Below the pieces are notes generated by a model that did not search any database, was not told where the DNA came from, and saw only the letters and a program-made list of their open reading frames with translations. A DNA stretch of 64,000 bases from Chiloscyllium plagiosum (lineage: Eukaryota). The DNA lies in assembly GCF_004010195.1 (NCBI RefSeq), contig NC_057718.1, positions 14,301,742 through 14,365,741 on the forward strand. Reading direction: 5' to 3'. Shown in pieces: positions 38,059-51,689 of this stretch (positions are counted from its first letter, which is position 1; each line of letters opens with the position of its first letter). The translations under genes were made by a program, and so were the position numbers.

Positions 38059-41000
38059 AGTGACATGCCCTTTGTGCTGAGTGTCTGTGTTATAAGGGCA
38101 ATATTTTTCCAAAACTCCTCACAGATGCCTGTGGAGGGACATGATGTTTAAGCCTGTTCTTTTCAAGTTAGGTGCTTTGAATGCAAAACATACTTAATCT
38201 CTTGACTTTAACCTTCAAATGGCTGTCAGCAATGAGAAACCAGGGGAAGGTATGTCTTGGCAAAAGATCTGAAAGAAAAGAGGCAGGAATAACCCACACA
38301 GATGGATGAAATATGTTCACTGGATGATAACAGCATGTGCAGATGTGATCAGCTTAGTTTGGTTGCCTCTGGAATGGCAACAGGCAGCTTCAGCAAATGA
38401 AACATTCTGAGGGTTTACTCTGTTCTCAGCGTGCACCCCAACCAATATCTGGTTTCGTCTTTAATTGATCCTGATGAATGTTGTAAAGCAGAATCCTGTG
38501 CAGCCTGAGTTAGGAGATTGGATTACCCCTGACATTGATCTCTCTTTTCTCAACCTGCTTGTCATCAAGAAAGACCATATTAGAATTTGTCAAGCCACTG
38601 TATCTTTAATGTTGTTTCCTTTTAAAAAAATATTTTACCCCTTTCAGAGTCATTTTGTCTATGTTTCACATTATTTCTTTATTACTCTCTCTCATTATCT
38701 TTTTCACTGTTTCTCTTCTTTTTTTCCCTTTTTCTTCTGAATTTTTACTGTCTCTCTCTCTTCCCCCCCCCCTTTGAGTTCTCGTTCACTCTTGCTCTCT
38801 TGCGTTCCCTCTTGCTATCGCTTTCTCTCTCGTTCTTTCTCTCATACTCTCTCCCTCGCTTTCTGTCTCTGGACCATACTTGAATGTTATCTCCCTCCTC
38901 TTGGGGACTTGCTCAGTTATTACCCTTTGTGCCACCAGCTAGTGTTAGAGAATCTAACCTCCGGCTTCCTTTTCCAATCTCTTTGATATTATTCCGGCAT
39001 AATCCTCATGTTTGTGGCAGTTGAAAACTCTATCTCTTTATTTCGCATACAAGTGCAAAAATTGCTTCAGAGGACCTGAGGGGCAGCAACTATGGGTGAA
39101 GGATTGAAATGCTGGTCTCTGTCTTGTGTGACTCACTGCAGCAATGGAGGGCTGGTGGAGGTAGATGTAGGCCCCGGGAGATTTTTGTTGCCCTGCCATG
39201 TTTTCTCACCCTTGCCTCGCTTTTTTCAAATTTGCCTGTCAGACCATTAATGGTAGAATCATTGACCACATTTTACACCGCAGAGCATGAAGAGGTCAAT
39301 TTCTTTGGAAAATTGACAGGCAAAACAAAAAACCTCCAGGCGTCGTCTCCTGAATGCCTGTGTTTTCTCTCTGTTCGCTTTTAGCAGGAATATAATTGTA
39401 GTTTAAGGCGCAAGGTAGAAATGGAAGCATCGTGATTAAATTAACCCCTGAGATGGATAGTAGAGCCACAGGCACACAGTGCAAGTAATAACTATTTGTT
39501 GATGATTAATTGTTCAGCCTCCGCTGTTTTCAGCCCAGCCAGAACCTTTACTCATCCCATGGGAGGGACCTTTTTGGGGGAATCTGCATTAGAGGAATTT
39601 GGCATTTATCAGCTGCTTTTAATGTGGGTCGCTTGACAAAGTGGTTAATATTGGATGTCCATGTCTATACCACCTTCTGCAGGCATGCTCTGTCCATTGC
39701 TTTGGTTTTAGCAAGTGGCACCGTGAGCTGACAGCCATTTGGATAATAAGCATGACAGGCTAGGCACACAAGGGACATTCCTTCAAATAGCAGGCTGCGT
39801 CTGTCTTAAATTGGGCCCCTTGTGTCCAGTAATTTCTCTCACAAGTCAATTTGCTGGCTTAATAAACGGAGGCAAATGCAATTATGTGGCACGTGATTTG
39901 CTAAGAACGTTGCTTCACACATCAGGTCCCGCTAGCATGCCCATTTCAGGTTATAGTTTTCTTTGGATTTTTTTGTGCAGAGTTAGGCGTTACCAGTGAT
40001 TTAAACTGGGGGGGTGTTTCCAGGCGGGTTTTCACAATGAGGCTGTTGCTGACCAGTCTGAACGTACCTCCTTATTCCCCATCCACCAGACTAAGACGTC
40101 TGTCCCTTTAAGTAGGGTCTGTGAAAACTCAGCATTTTGCTTTCTGTAATTATTGAGTGCAATTAGCCGCTTGAGGTCCTCCCAAGAATTCTTCGTCAGT
40201 TCCAAAAATAATATACTTATTGCGACCTGTGTGGGGCTGTATGATACAGGGCAGTGATGCGAGGCCAGGGAATTTATAGCCACTGTAAAAAGATGTGGCT
40301 GTTTGTCCCTTCAAACCCCACCTATTCATCTTCTCCCCAGATCCCTCAATCCCTTTCTGTCCTGCCAGAAGTCACTGCTTCCTGAAGATCTTGTTTCACT
40401 CACTTTCCTCTGTTAGTGAGTCCATGGTTGGGACGGTACACAGCCTTAGCCTGCTCTGTCCATTTGGGACAGTGATGGGATTGGGTGCCATACTGGTTTG
40501 CATCTTGGCTCAGAACCCTTCCCTTCCCCACACTCTTACTTAACTCTCCATCAGAGTCATTGCTGAGTACTGTTGGGGAGATTCATGTCAAATCATTGCC
40601 TCTGGTTGTCGCTATCTTTTGTGTAAATAGAGCAAGAAAGAAATGCATTTGTAGTCCTCTTTAACTTCCTGATTTTCAGTCAGTTGAGTTGGGGGCGGGG
40701 AGCAGTGCAGACAATGATTTCATGTTCACTTCCACCATTTTTCGTTCAGATGAAGAGATTACATGAAATTCTTCCTGCTCCTCACATTAGGGAAAGAATC
40801 CTAAACATTGTGGATAATCTTCCCCTCCAAACGACCTTTATGGGAATATGAATCCTAATCACAGTTTAGGATGTGGGATTGCTGTTAAAGATTGTAACAG
40901 TCAGATTCCTTTCAACTCTGTATGTCTTCTAAGGGAATTCCTTGATTATATCTGTTGCTATGTTACATTCTGTGTCAGACATTACCTGGAATAATTGATG

Positions 41001-42531
41001 TACAAAAGGAAGATTTGTTTTTTTTTCTGTCTGCGTGTGTTTCAAGGTGTTTTTCAACTGAAGAAGTATCTCTGAGGGGTCTAGTCACTGTAGCAAAGTG
41101 CCACCCAATTATGTACACAGCAAGGTTTTACAAACGGCAAAAAGGTAATGAGCAGATTGGGAGAGTTTTGACTGAGGGACAAGTAATTCTCAATACACTG
41201 GAGCTAATTCCCCTGCCTTGTTAGACTGATGTATGCGAGTTAGCTCTTACATCTCCTAAGTTGGCTGTACAGGCCTGTGAGATGTCCTGACGTAGTAAAA
41301 GGCACTATATAAATGCAGGGTTCCTTTGTCAGAGGGGGAAAGTATTTTTGTCGGCTAAAACTGGGAGAAGAAAGACGGAATTCTGAATTTGAAGTGAATG
41401 CTATTCTGTGTGTGAATGAATATTGGCTGTTCTCTCGCATCTCTCCCTCTCCGTCCCTCTCCTCCTTTGGGAACTGGTCTAGCTGCCTGGTTCCTCCACA
41501 GCCTTGCAGCTTGCAGTATGACAAATCATTTACCCTGTTGGTCTTGTTAAGGCTGTGCATGAAGGAAGCAGCAGGAGAGAGGAAATCAGTAAAGCAAGCA
41601 GAGGCAGTGATTGTTTTACACGTAATTGAACAGAAACATTTTTAATTGATCACAGCTGTAGTTGATCAGCGGCTGATGAATTGTCCGACTTTATTCCCTG
41701 TTCCCACGATTCTCATGGGGAAGTTTGCATGTTCTTCTCGCTGGCTATTGTGGCAGACCTCCAAAGGACATAAGAATTGTTCAAGGGCTTTAGGGGTGAT
41801 GTGAGTGCATGGTGAATCTTGCTGCTCTGTTTCTGGCCCTGTCTGCGACAGTAGGAACTGAGCAATACTTTCCTTATACAGGTGAACCGTTGACAGTGCA
41901 GCTGTGAACCTCGACAGCAGAGCTGTGTTGCAAAGCTGAAGGTAGCTTCGCTTATGGCTCAGATAGGTAGATGCTTAGTCAGTCAGGGAATCAAGGGATA
42001 TGGGGAAAGCGCAAAGGTGTGGGCAGGAGGAATATCAGAATGATATTCTTGAATGGTGGAGCGGGTAGCAAATACCAAATGGCCTACTCCTCTTATTTTT
42101 CTTCTGGTCTTATGGACTTAGCAATGCCAGTATGTTTTTATCAGTAGTTATACGTTTATTAGTATTGGTAAAGTTTATTTCAGCGATAACGACGTTAAGA
42201 CATAAGGAGATGTCAAGGCTGCTGCACCCTTCAGAATGTGCTTCCTGTGCCACGTGGGATTTCCAGGACATTTCCTGTATCGTGGAGGACCGTTTGGGAA
42301 GGAAGCAGTGTCAAATATAGCAGCTCAGGTTCTGGGTATCGGAAGCCACTGTCACTGTGAGCCATGTGGTTAGCGCCTTACAGATGTGGCACTTTGCAGC
42401 TTCAGATACACAGGACAAGAGGGAATGGAGACCACCAGATAGTCAGCAAGGATGGTGCAGGTGGTACAGGAATCACCTGAATGCATCCCACTCTGCAACC
42501 AGTCCCGAGTTCTGAATATTGATGACAGTGA

Positions 42532-43425
42532 GGAGAAAGTGAGGACTGCAGATGCTGGAGACCAGTGGTGCTGGAAAAGCGCAGCAGGTCAATCAGCACC
42601 CGAGGAGCAGGAAAATCGACGTTTCGGGCATAAGCCCTTCTTCAGGAATGAGGCTGGTGTGCCAAGCGGGCTGAGATAAAAGGTGGGGTTCCTAGGCAGA
42701 AGATGAGGTGCTCTTCCTCCAGGCGTCGTGTGGCCAGGGTCTGGCGATGGAGGAGGCCAAGGGTCTGCATGTCCTTGGCGGAGTGGGAGGGTGAGTTAAA
42801 GTGTTCAGCCACAGGGCAGTTGGGTTGGTTGGTGCGGGTGTCCCAGAGGTGTTCCCTGAAACATTCCGCAAGTAGGCGGCCTGACTCCCCAATGTAGAGG
42901 TGACCATATCGGGTGCAACGGATGCAGTAAATGATGTGTGTAGAGGTGCAGGTGAATTTGTGATGGATATAGAAGGATCCATTGGGGCCTTGGAGGGAGA
43001 GGAGGGGGGAGATGTGGGCACAAGTTTTGCACTTCTTGCGGTTGCAGGGCAAGGTGCCGGGCGTGGAGATTGGGTTGGTGGGGGGGTGTGGACCTGACGT
43101 GGGAGTCGCGGAGGGAGTGGTCTCTCCTGAATGCTGATAGGGGTGGGGAGGGAAATATATCCCTGGTGGTGGGGTCTGTTTGGAGGTGGCGGAAATGACG
43201 GAGGATGATACGATACGAGGTGAGGACCAGTGGGGTTCTGTCCTGGTGGCGATTGGTGGGGCGGGGCTCAAGGGCAGAGGTGCAGGAGTGGAGGAGATGC
43301 GGTGGAGAGAATCGTCGACCACGTCGGGGGGGAAATTGCGGTCTTTGAAGAAGGAGGCCATTTGGTCTGTTCAGTAGTGGAATTGGTCCTCCTGGGAGCA
43401 GATGCGGCGGAGGCGAAAGAATTGG
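42532..43425 (-). mobile_element. 5'-truncated Penelope-like element: GIY-YIG endonuclease followed by the family A hammerhead unit
   Basis: YSQFFRLRRICS; CNRKKCKTC..FTCTS.HIIYCIRC...LYIGESGR.L..FREH..PVAEHFN. 18-bp TSD GAATATTG(A/G)TGACAGTGA (42514-42531 / 43426-43443). Intact minus-strand HHR at 42614-42649. Confidence 0.92.
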
Positions 43426-44224
43426 GAATATTGGTGACAGTGATAATGGTTTACCAGGGGGGGTGCAGCTAGAGCCACACCATGCTGGCTCAGTTGAACA
43501 GGAGTTTTACTAAGAAAGATTGAAGGAGCCAAAATGATTGGGATTCTAAAGTTAGAGGAACATCTAGATGCTTCTGCACCTGCAGGCATGAATCCAGGAT
43601 GTCACTAAGTGGCCTCGGATAACCCAGACAGTTGTCGTGATCCACATTGAAACCAACAACATAGCTAGAGAAAGGCTCGTTGTCCAGCAGTCAGCGGTGG
43701 TCGCGTAACTAAGTAGGAATTAGCAAAGAGGACCTCAAAAGTAGTAATCTCCATATGACTGCAATGATATGCACAAGTCAATATAGAAATGGGGTTATCA
43801 CTCAGATGAATGAATGGCTGGGAACTTGGTGCAGGGGGTTTAGAAAGGCAGGGGTTTTACATTCATGGGATGTTGGCACAGCTTTTGGGAAAATGTCACC
43901 CCTACAGGCCAGTTAGCTTGTACCTGGAGAATGGGAAGTGATGTTCTTGCAGGGTTGTTTCACTCATGCTATTCAGTGGGGTTTAAGCTAATTTGGCACA
44001 AGTGTGGTAATTAGGAGCTAATATCAGAGAAGACACGCGGGACAGTGCAAGAGAAAGACCATGCTGAAATAGGGAATAGTAACTTGATATGGTCAGAGTA
44101 AGGGAGAAAATAATGACATCTAAATCATGGAATGTGGTCAGTCAGATTAGTGAGGTTCTGGTGCAGGTCAACATACCTCCACTTCATCAAAGTGGCTAAA
44201 CCAGAAATAGGCTGGATATGGAAC

Positions 44225-45075
44225 CATATCAGAAGGGCTGATGGGCCAGTGAGTGGCAGATGGAGTTTAATCGAAAAAAATGTGAGATGCTGCATTTTGG
44301 AAAAACAAATCAGGGCAGAACCTATACACTTAACGGTAGGGCTCTGGGGAGTATTGTTGAACAAGAGACCTTGAGGTACAGGTTCATAGTTCCTTGAAAG
44401 TGGAGTTGCAGGTTGATAGGATGGTGAAGAAGAGGTTTGGTACACTTGCCTTTATTGGTCACTGCGTTGAGTGCAGGAGTTGGGAGGTCACACTGCAGCT
44501 GTATAGGATGGTGGCTAGGTCACTTTTGGAAAACTGCAATTCTGGTCTCCCAGCCAAAGGAAAGATGTTGTGAAACTTGAAAGAGTTCAGAAAAGATATA
44601 CAAGGATGTTGCTGGGGTTGGAGGATTTGAGCTATAGGGAGAGGTTGAATAGGCTGGGGTTACTTTCCCTGGAGCGACAGAGGTTGAGAGATGACCTTAT
44701 AAAAGGTTTATAAAATCATGAGGGTCATGGATAGGGTAAATAGTCAAGGTCTTTTCCCCAGGGTAGGGGAGTCCCAAGCTAGAGGGCATAGGTTTAAGGT
44801 GAGAAGGGAAAGGTTTAAAAGGGACCTGAGGGGCAACGTTTTCACATAGAGGTTCGTGCGTGTATGGAATGAAATGCCCAAGGAGGTGGTGGAAGGTGGT
44901 ACAATTACAACATTTAAAGGGCATCTGGATGGATATATGAATAGGAAGGGTTTAGAGGGGTGTGGGCCAAGTGCTGGCAAATGGGACTCGATTAGTTTAG
45001 GACATCTGGTTGGCATGGACAAGTTAGACCAAAGGGTCTGTTTCAATGCTGTACATCTCTATGACTGTATGACTG
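44225..45075 (+). mobile_element. HER1/CR1 LINE 3' fragment
   Basis: RVWNEMPKEVVEGGTITTFKGHLDGYM plus 3' UTR. Confidence 0.9.
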
Positions 45076-48000
45076 GGTATTAAATATCTCTGGATGAAAA
45101 TGTTCAGGATTGATAGGAAAGGATGAAAAGGGAGAGGAGTAGCAGCTTTGATGAGAGACAGCATCGCAATGATAGAAACATGGTTAGAGCTAAAGACCAA
45201 AAAAAGATGTAATTACATTGTTTGGTGAAGTCTACAGGCTACTAGCCAAAGAAGAGGATTTGGTGTTGCAAAGATTATTGTGTAGTTATGATGGGGGTCT
45301 TATCTAAATCTCAACTAGAGTAGTAGAGGAAAGGGCAGAAAGGGACAGGAGTTTGTAGGATAATTCCTGGAGAATTTTTCACCTCACTCCAGTCCAAAGA
45401 GAAAGGGGACACTGCAGATCTTGGGAATGAGGTGGTCCGAGTTGATCAGTATCAGTGGGGGAACATTCGGGGAGAATAATTCATTGGGGGAAAGCCAACT
45501 TCAATGGAGTAAGAGTGGATCTGGGTTAAGTAAATTTCAAATCAAATGTTGGAGGAGAACCAATATCTAAACAATGGATCTCCTCCAAAGAGGACACACT
45601 TTGGGCACAGTTGAAAGGAAAAGATGAGGAATATCAGGTTTGAGGACAGATTGAAGAGGCAGATTGTTCTCCTTGAGAAGAGAAGACTGAGAGGAGATCT
45701 AATTGGAATACTCAAAATCATGAGAGCTCAGGACAGAGTAAATAGGGAGAAAATATCCTCACTCATTTAAGTATGGATAATGAGAGGCCGCAGATTGAAA
45801 GTAATTTGTATAATAAGCAAAAGTAATATGATGAGAAACTTTTCCATGCAGCAAGGATTAGGATTTGTCTGACAGTATGCTGGGGATAGGTTTGGTTGAG
45901 GCATTTAGTTGGGAATTCAATGGTTATTTGTAAAGGATGAATGATTGGGGAGAAGGTTGGAGAATGGGGTTAAGTGAAGTGCTAATTTGGAGAGCTGGCC
46001 TAGACATAACAGATCGAATGATCTTCTTCCACATTGTAATGATTCTGTGATTCAGTGTTTCCGTGACTTTAGAGACTGCATTTTGAGTACTGTATGCAGT
46101 TTTAGTCACCATATAATGAAAGGAATACTGGAGAGGGTGCCGAAATGTACAAGGATAACACCAGAAATCCATGGCTTTACCCATCAGGAAAGGTTTGACA
46201 GGTAGGGGGATCTTTGCTCTTGATAAAAAAAGTCCTAAGGTTGATCTCAGAGGTCTTTACCTTGCAAAATGCTTCGATCGAGTGGGTCCAGTGAGAGTGC
46301 ATTCTCTTGCGGTGCAAATCATAATGAGAGGCCATCAATAAGAACAGCAAAATCTTCCCCGTGAAATCTGATAGGGAACTCTGAAGAAATGCCTTAACCC
46401 AGAAGGTGGAGTGAATGTGGACTGTGCAGTGGTTGAAGTGAATAGTATGGGAAGGCAGATAACTCAAGGGAAAACAGAATAAAGAGTTACGATACAAAAT
46501 GATGGATGGAACCTGAAGTGGAACAGAAACACTGGAATGGACTGATCTGGCTGAATAGTCGGTTTCTGTGTTAAAATATTAATTGTTATTTATTTATAAA
46601 GTCCAGTATATATCAATATTTTCCAAATCAACTTTTCAGAGCTGTTATCACACACCCCTGAAGGAGGTGAGAGCTAAACCCGGGCCCCTGGCTCAGAGAT
46701 AGGGACACTAGCACTGCATCACAAGAGCCTTCAACCCAGTGTCCTATACACATTACTAACTGCTCTGCCCTGCAGCCTTTCGTGATTTCCATGCATGTAA
46801 CCCCACACCCTTACCCTTCGGCTTTCCTCTGAGCGTTGTCCTGTTTGTTTTATATTGGCTTCCCTTGCTCTTCCTTAAAGGACAGTCACTCCATCCTTCT
46901 GTGCTGACGTTCTCCATTTTGGGCAGAGTTTAGGGACAGTGCTGACTCTGGATGGCTGTATAGCATATACACTGTCCAACAGAGAGCCATCAAGTGCCTC
47001 TCCTGATTTGTGTTTCAAACCAATGCACTGGCAGACGGCAGTAGGAACTGTTGAATGCAAAGCAGACTGGGCAGTTCATGATTTTTATTCATATTGTCTG
47101 TTATACACCAAGTAACAATGCTGATTATCAACAAGGTGTCAATATTACAGCAGAGACTGATGAGCTGAGGCACTCCCACAGGGGCCTTAGCAATCTCCAA
47201 CTCCGATGTGTGGTAATTAGTGAATTGATGCTCCACTTGAAGTGTCATGCTAGCGAAGTGGTCTGGATGAATAGATTCAATTTCATCGCTGGTTTTACAC
47301 GGTATACAATAGATGCTACTGCAACTGGGCATTTGTCACTTTTCTGTGTGACGCATTGAACTAATGCAAATGTTTCTGAAGAGAAAGGAGTGGGGCAGCA
47401 GTATTCATTTTTAGAAAGACAGTGTGAGAGCGATAAATTGCAATGTCTCAGTCACTGCTGCCATCAGAATGGAAATTACCAGCATCAGGCCACAGTGTTC
47501 CTGCTGGGCCACAGTGTTCCTGCTGGGCCACAGTGTTCTTGCTGGCTCCCTGTGCAGCCTGTTTGATGGGATCACAAGGTCATGGATTCAGCCCCCAACA
47601 CACAACGTGGGAGAGTCTGCACACTCGTGGTAATTTCAGTGGGATAATGCAGCATAATGTTCCTGGGGTGGAGGACATGCAAATAAATTATATCGCCGTT
47701 CCTTCACTGTCGCTGGGTCAAAATCCTGGAATTTCCTCCCTACAGCATTGTGGGTCAACCCACAGCAGGTGGACTGCAGCGATTCAAGAAGACAGCTCAC
47801 CCTCACCTTCTCAAGGGCACCTAGGGATGGGCAGTCAACAGTGGCCAGCCAGTGATGCTCATATTTCATAAATGAATTTTAAAAAAAGCATTTTAACAGG
47901 ACTACGCAGGGTAGGTGCAGGAAGGATGTTCTCAATAATAGAGGGATACCAGTGTCAGGGTACACAGTCTAAGATAAGGGGTTTAAGATTGTGATGAGGA

Positions 48001-49489
48001 GAAATTTCTTCACCCAGAGAGTGGTGAGCCCACGGAATTTGCTGCTATGGAAAGCAAGTTGAAGCCGAAACGCTGTATGACTTCAAAAAGGAGGAGGATA
48101 TAGCACTTAGGGCTAAAGGGATCAAGTGATGGGGAAGCGACGAGTGGGAACAGGCAATGGAGTTGGATGATGAGATGTGACCATATTGATTTGTGGAACC
48201 GGCTTGAAGGGCCAAATGGCCGACTCCTGCTCCTATATTCTATATTTCTGTAACTCTAGACACACAGCAGCGCAGTTGACTCTTAACTGCCCTCTGAACT
48301 GGCCAGACAATCAAGGATGGCCTTGTCTCTGACACCACCATCCCCAGGAACCCTCCAAAGGCCTCCACAGCTCTGTACCCTGTGGTGCGGGATTGAGGAA
48401 GAGCTGGACTGGCAGGAGTATAATGCGTCTGGTGTAACACTAACGCTGGCTGGAGGCAAAGGATTCCATGTCGTTGCAATAGCACTTTGCAATTTATGTA
48501 GCCCTTAATGTAGCCACATGTTCCAAAGAGGCCTTGCAGGACTATTATCAGAAAAGAATTCACATTACTTCAAGGAAGACCTGAATGTCCTGATCAATGT
48601 CTATCCATTGACTTATATCACTAAAAAAAAACCTGCCAGGCCCAAATTTCCTCACCACCCTCTTCTTGTAACCATGAGAGTGGAGGTAGGCCATTCAGTG
48701 CTACTCGGCACCTCTGCCGTTTATTTCTCCACATCTCCATCCTAAAAGTGAAACCCTTCAATCTTAAGCTGTGGCTGCCAGTTTTAATCTCTCCTACAAG
48801 GGGAATGCATCCTCTCACACCGTCATCTCCCCTCAGGGCCTTACATCTTTCCTCTAGCAGAGGACATCTATTAATTCTGAAGACACTTAGCCATTATAAC
48901 TGTCTGCTGTGATTTATTGATAAATATTACATAATTTTTGCAGCAAATTGTAAGAAATTAGCTGTTCTTCTGAAGCTTACTACACTTGTTAAAAATTTAA
49001 TTACGAGTATTGATGTGCCTGTTAAGCTGTTGTAAGGATTATGTAGTCTGGAGGCATTACCAGAGTGTCGGAGCTTCTGCAAGTCAAGCAGATGCTTGTT
49101 TTATAAATAATAGGGGCCCTTTTCTCAGGTCTTCCCTGTCATCGTGGAGGTGCCAACCAGTGCTGGGGTACAATATGGAGTATCTGCTGTTATTCAACTG
49201 TTGGTCTAAATATCTGCTGCTGTCCTAAGAGTTGAGCTGAACTAGTTCATACCTTCAGTACATGCTGAGGGAGTTTGTTTCCACTCGTTCAGAGGTGTGT
49301 GGATGTCGCTGTGTGGGTCAGCATTTATTACGTGTCCCTAGTTGTCCTCGGGAAGATGGTGTTGAGCTGCCGTCTTGAACTGCTACGGTCCGTATGGTTT
49401 GGGTAGATCGTTTATGCCATTAGGGAGGGAATGCTGGGATTTTTGACCCAGCAACACTGAAGGGATGGTATATATGTAAATCCAGGTGG

Positions 49490-49838
49490 TTAGAGCGTTG
49501 GCAATGAGTGTGGATCTGTCAGACATCTGGGTGTGATACTGCACTACCTCTTCAGCTATATGTAAAAGATCCCAGTGTACATCCCAAAGGTGCTATTAGA
49601 CAAAATGTGACACTATTTTTGAGAAGAACAGGGTGGGGGAAGAGGGTGTGCCCCTCTGATGCTCTAACCAACTTTCACCCCTCAAGCACCTCAGTAAAAC
49701 TGATAATCTAGCACGGGAGTGTTGCTATGCATCAATTGGCTACCACTTCCTGTGTGCCCTCTATTTCAAACGATGCATCGTTGAGTGAGATGACCTGAGA
49801 TGGTGGAAGTTATTATATCAATGCAAGTCTTCTTTCCT
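49490..49838 (+). mobile_element. Ancient DeuSINE (SacSINE1-like) relic; others at ~9340-9480 -, 27960-28045 -, 41110-41320, 51255-51500 -
   Basis: tgtaaaagatccc...actatttttgagaagaacaggg...aatgcaagtcttctttc. Confidence 0.6.
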
Positions 49839-50224
49839 GTCAGATCAGCAAGGGGGTGCTGACAAATGCTGTGGATTGAGGGGGTGGGGAGTGACTAGGG
49901 AAATGGTCGTTTTAGCCTGAAAGAAGCAGGAAGAATATGAAATCAGGTCATTAATCTCCTTGCTAACCCATAGCTTGCAATCTGTGTGCATTTCGCCATG
50001 CTCAAATAGCTACTCACAAAGTCACACTCAATTGATGTCTTTTGTAACACACTCCCGGCTAAAATATAATGCTATAATCCATCTCGACCCAGGCTGTTAG
50101 ACCCTTCACTATATTATTCTTGCTTCTTCTTATTATTTCCAACATTGTTCTTGCAACCAAAGCTGAGTCTCATAATGTTGCTGTAGATACCAACTTAACC
50201 CTTCAGTTGCCAAGCTCTTTAAAG

Positions 50225-50680
50225 CATAGAGATGTACAGCACAGAAACAGACCCTTCGGTCCAGATATCCTAAATTAATCTGGTCACATTTGCCAGCACT
50301 TCGTCCATATCCCTCTAAACCTTTCCTACTCATATGCCCATCCAGATGTATTTTAAATGCTGTAATTGTACCAGCCTCCACCACTTTCTCTGGCAGCTCA
50401 TCCCATACACACAACATCCTCTGCGTGAAAAAGATGCCCCGACGTCCCTTTAAACCTATGCGCTCTAGTTCCGGACTCCCACACCCCAGGGAAAAGACCT
50501 TGTCTATTTACCAATCCATGCCTCTCATGATTTTATAAATCTCTATAAGGTCACCCCTCAGCCTCTAACACTCCAGGGAAAACAGCCCCAGCCCATTCAG
50601 CCTCCCCCTGTAGCACAAACCCTCCAACCCTGGCAACATCCTTGTAAATCTTTTCTGCACCCTTTCAAGTTTAACAACAT
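50225..50680 (-). mobile_element. HER1/CR1 LINE 3' fragment
   Basis: VWDELPEKVVEAGTITAFKIHLDG. Confidence 0.9.
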
Positions 50681-51554
50681 GAATGAATGTGCATGTGCGC
50701 ATCTGTGAATAAATGTGAATGTGTGTGTGTGTACATTTTCCTACATCTCAACATGCACTCAAAGGTTTGAGCCTGAACTTTGCTTTGACAGCAGCAGATT
50801 CCTGTTCCGTCATACTGGCTGAGTTATCATCGAATAGCAGGTTGAGCTGTCTCATACTGAGTTTCACCTTACCCTGCGCTGGATAAGAGCTCATCCATGG
50901 TACTTTTAATCCCATTGTCATGCAGCCTGCTCCTGCCAGAACTCCGTTAGTTCCATGTCATTCACAGTGTAATGATGGGAATTGTGGCAAATCCTCCAGC
51001 ATGTTTCTAACGGTACCATAGCGTTCTGAAGGATAATGCAGGATTCACAGGGCAGCATTTAAAGCCCATTTACATAGCATACTGTGCACTGTGCCAATTG
51101 ACATCAATAATATTCTGCAGATCACCCAAGTACAGCTAATGTGGAACTTCGCTGCATGTGGGCAGAGATGAATTGGTGAAAGATACGACAAGTTCCTTCA
51201 GTCATTCTCTGTCTGGGGGATGGTGTTTGACATTCAGTTGTGTTTAGCTGTTAATGAAAGAAAGAACAAGCCTGCGTTGATAAAGCACCTTTAAGAACCA
51301 GACTCACCAAGTGACCTTTGATGCTGTGTCAACGCTCTTGCAGTGGAGAAAATGTAGCAATGAGAAAGTGCATAGCAAGTTCCCACAAACTTGGCAGTGC
51401 CGCTGACCAGACTGTCTGCTTTTAATGGTATGGGTTTAGGGATTGCTCAGGGCACCAGGGATAGCTCCCTCACTCTCCTTCAAAATAGCACGGGATCCTT
51501 GATAGATAATATTGTTCATGGGATGTAGGCATTTTTGGTTAGGCCAGTTGCTGT

Positions 51555-51689
51555 ATTCCTGATTTTTTCGGGCTTTTGCCCGAAACGTCGATTTTCCTGC
51601 TCCTTGGATGCTGCCTGAACTGCTGTGCTTTTCCAGCACCACTCTACTCCAGAATCTGGTTTCTAGCATCTGCAGTCATTGTTTTTACG
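51555..51689 (+). mobile_element. Family A solo mini-element, hammerhead 5' core disrupted
   Basis: ttcctgat[tttttc]GGGC(TTTT)GCCC-GAAA-CGTC-GATT followed by the full family 3' end. Confidence 0.8.

Larger units (their letters stand above)
42200..45620 (+). mobile_element. Old CR1 LINE 5' portion (ORF1 zinc finger and SGNH esterase relics, start of ORF2) hosting younger insertions
   Basis: ECASCATWD zinc-finger remnant (42132..42320 ORF), VVIHIETNNI near 43630 (cf. VHIGTNDI esterase motif), W+EL..KK endonuclease-like remnant near 45180. Confidence 0.6.

Noticed and set aside
47487..47545. 19-bp triple repeat ggccacagtgttcctgctg
   Set aside because: Simple local tandem duplication with no other supporting signal.
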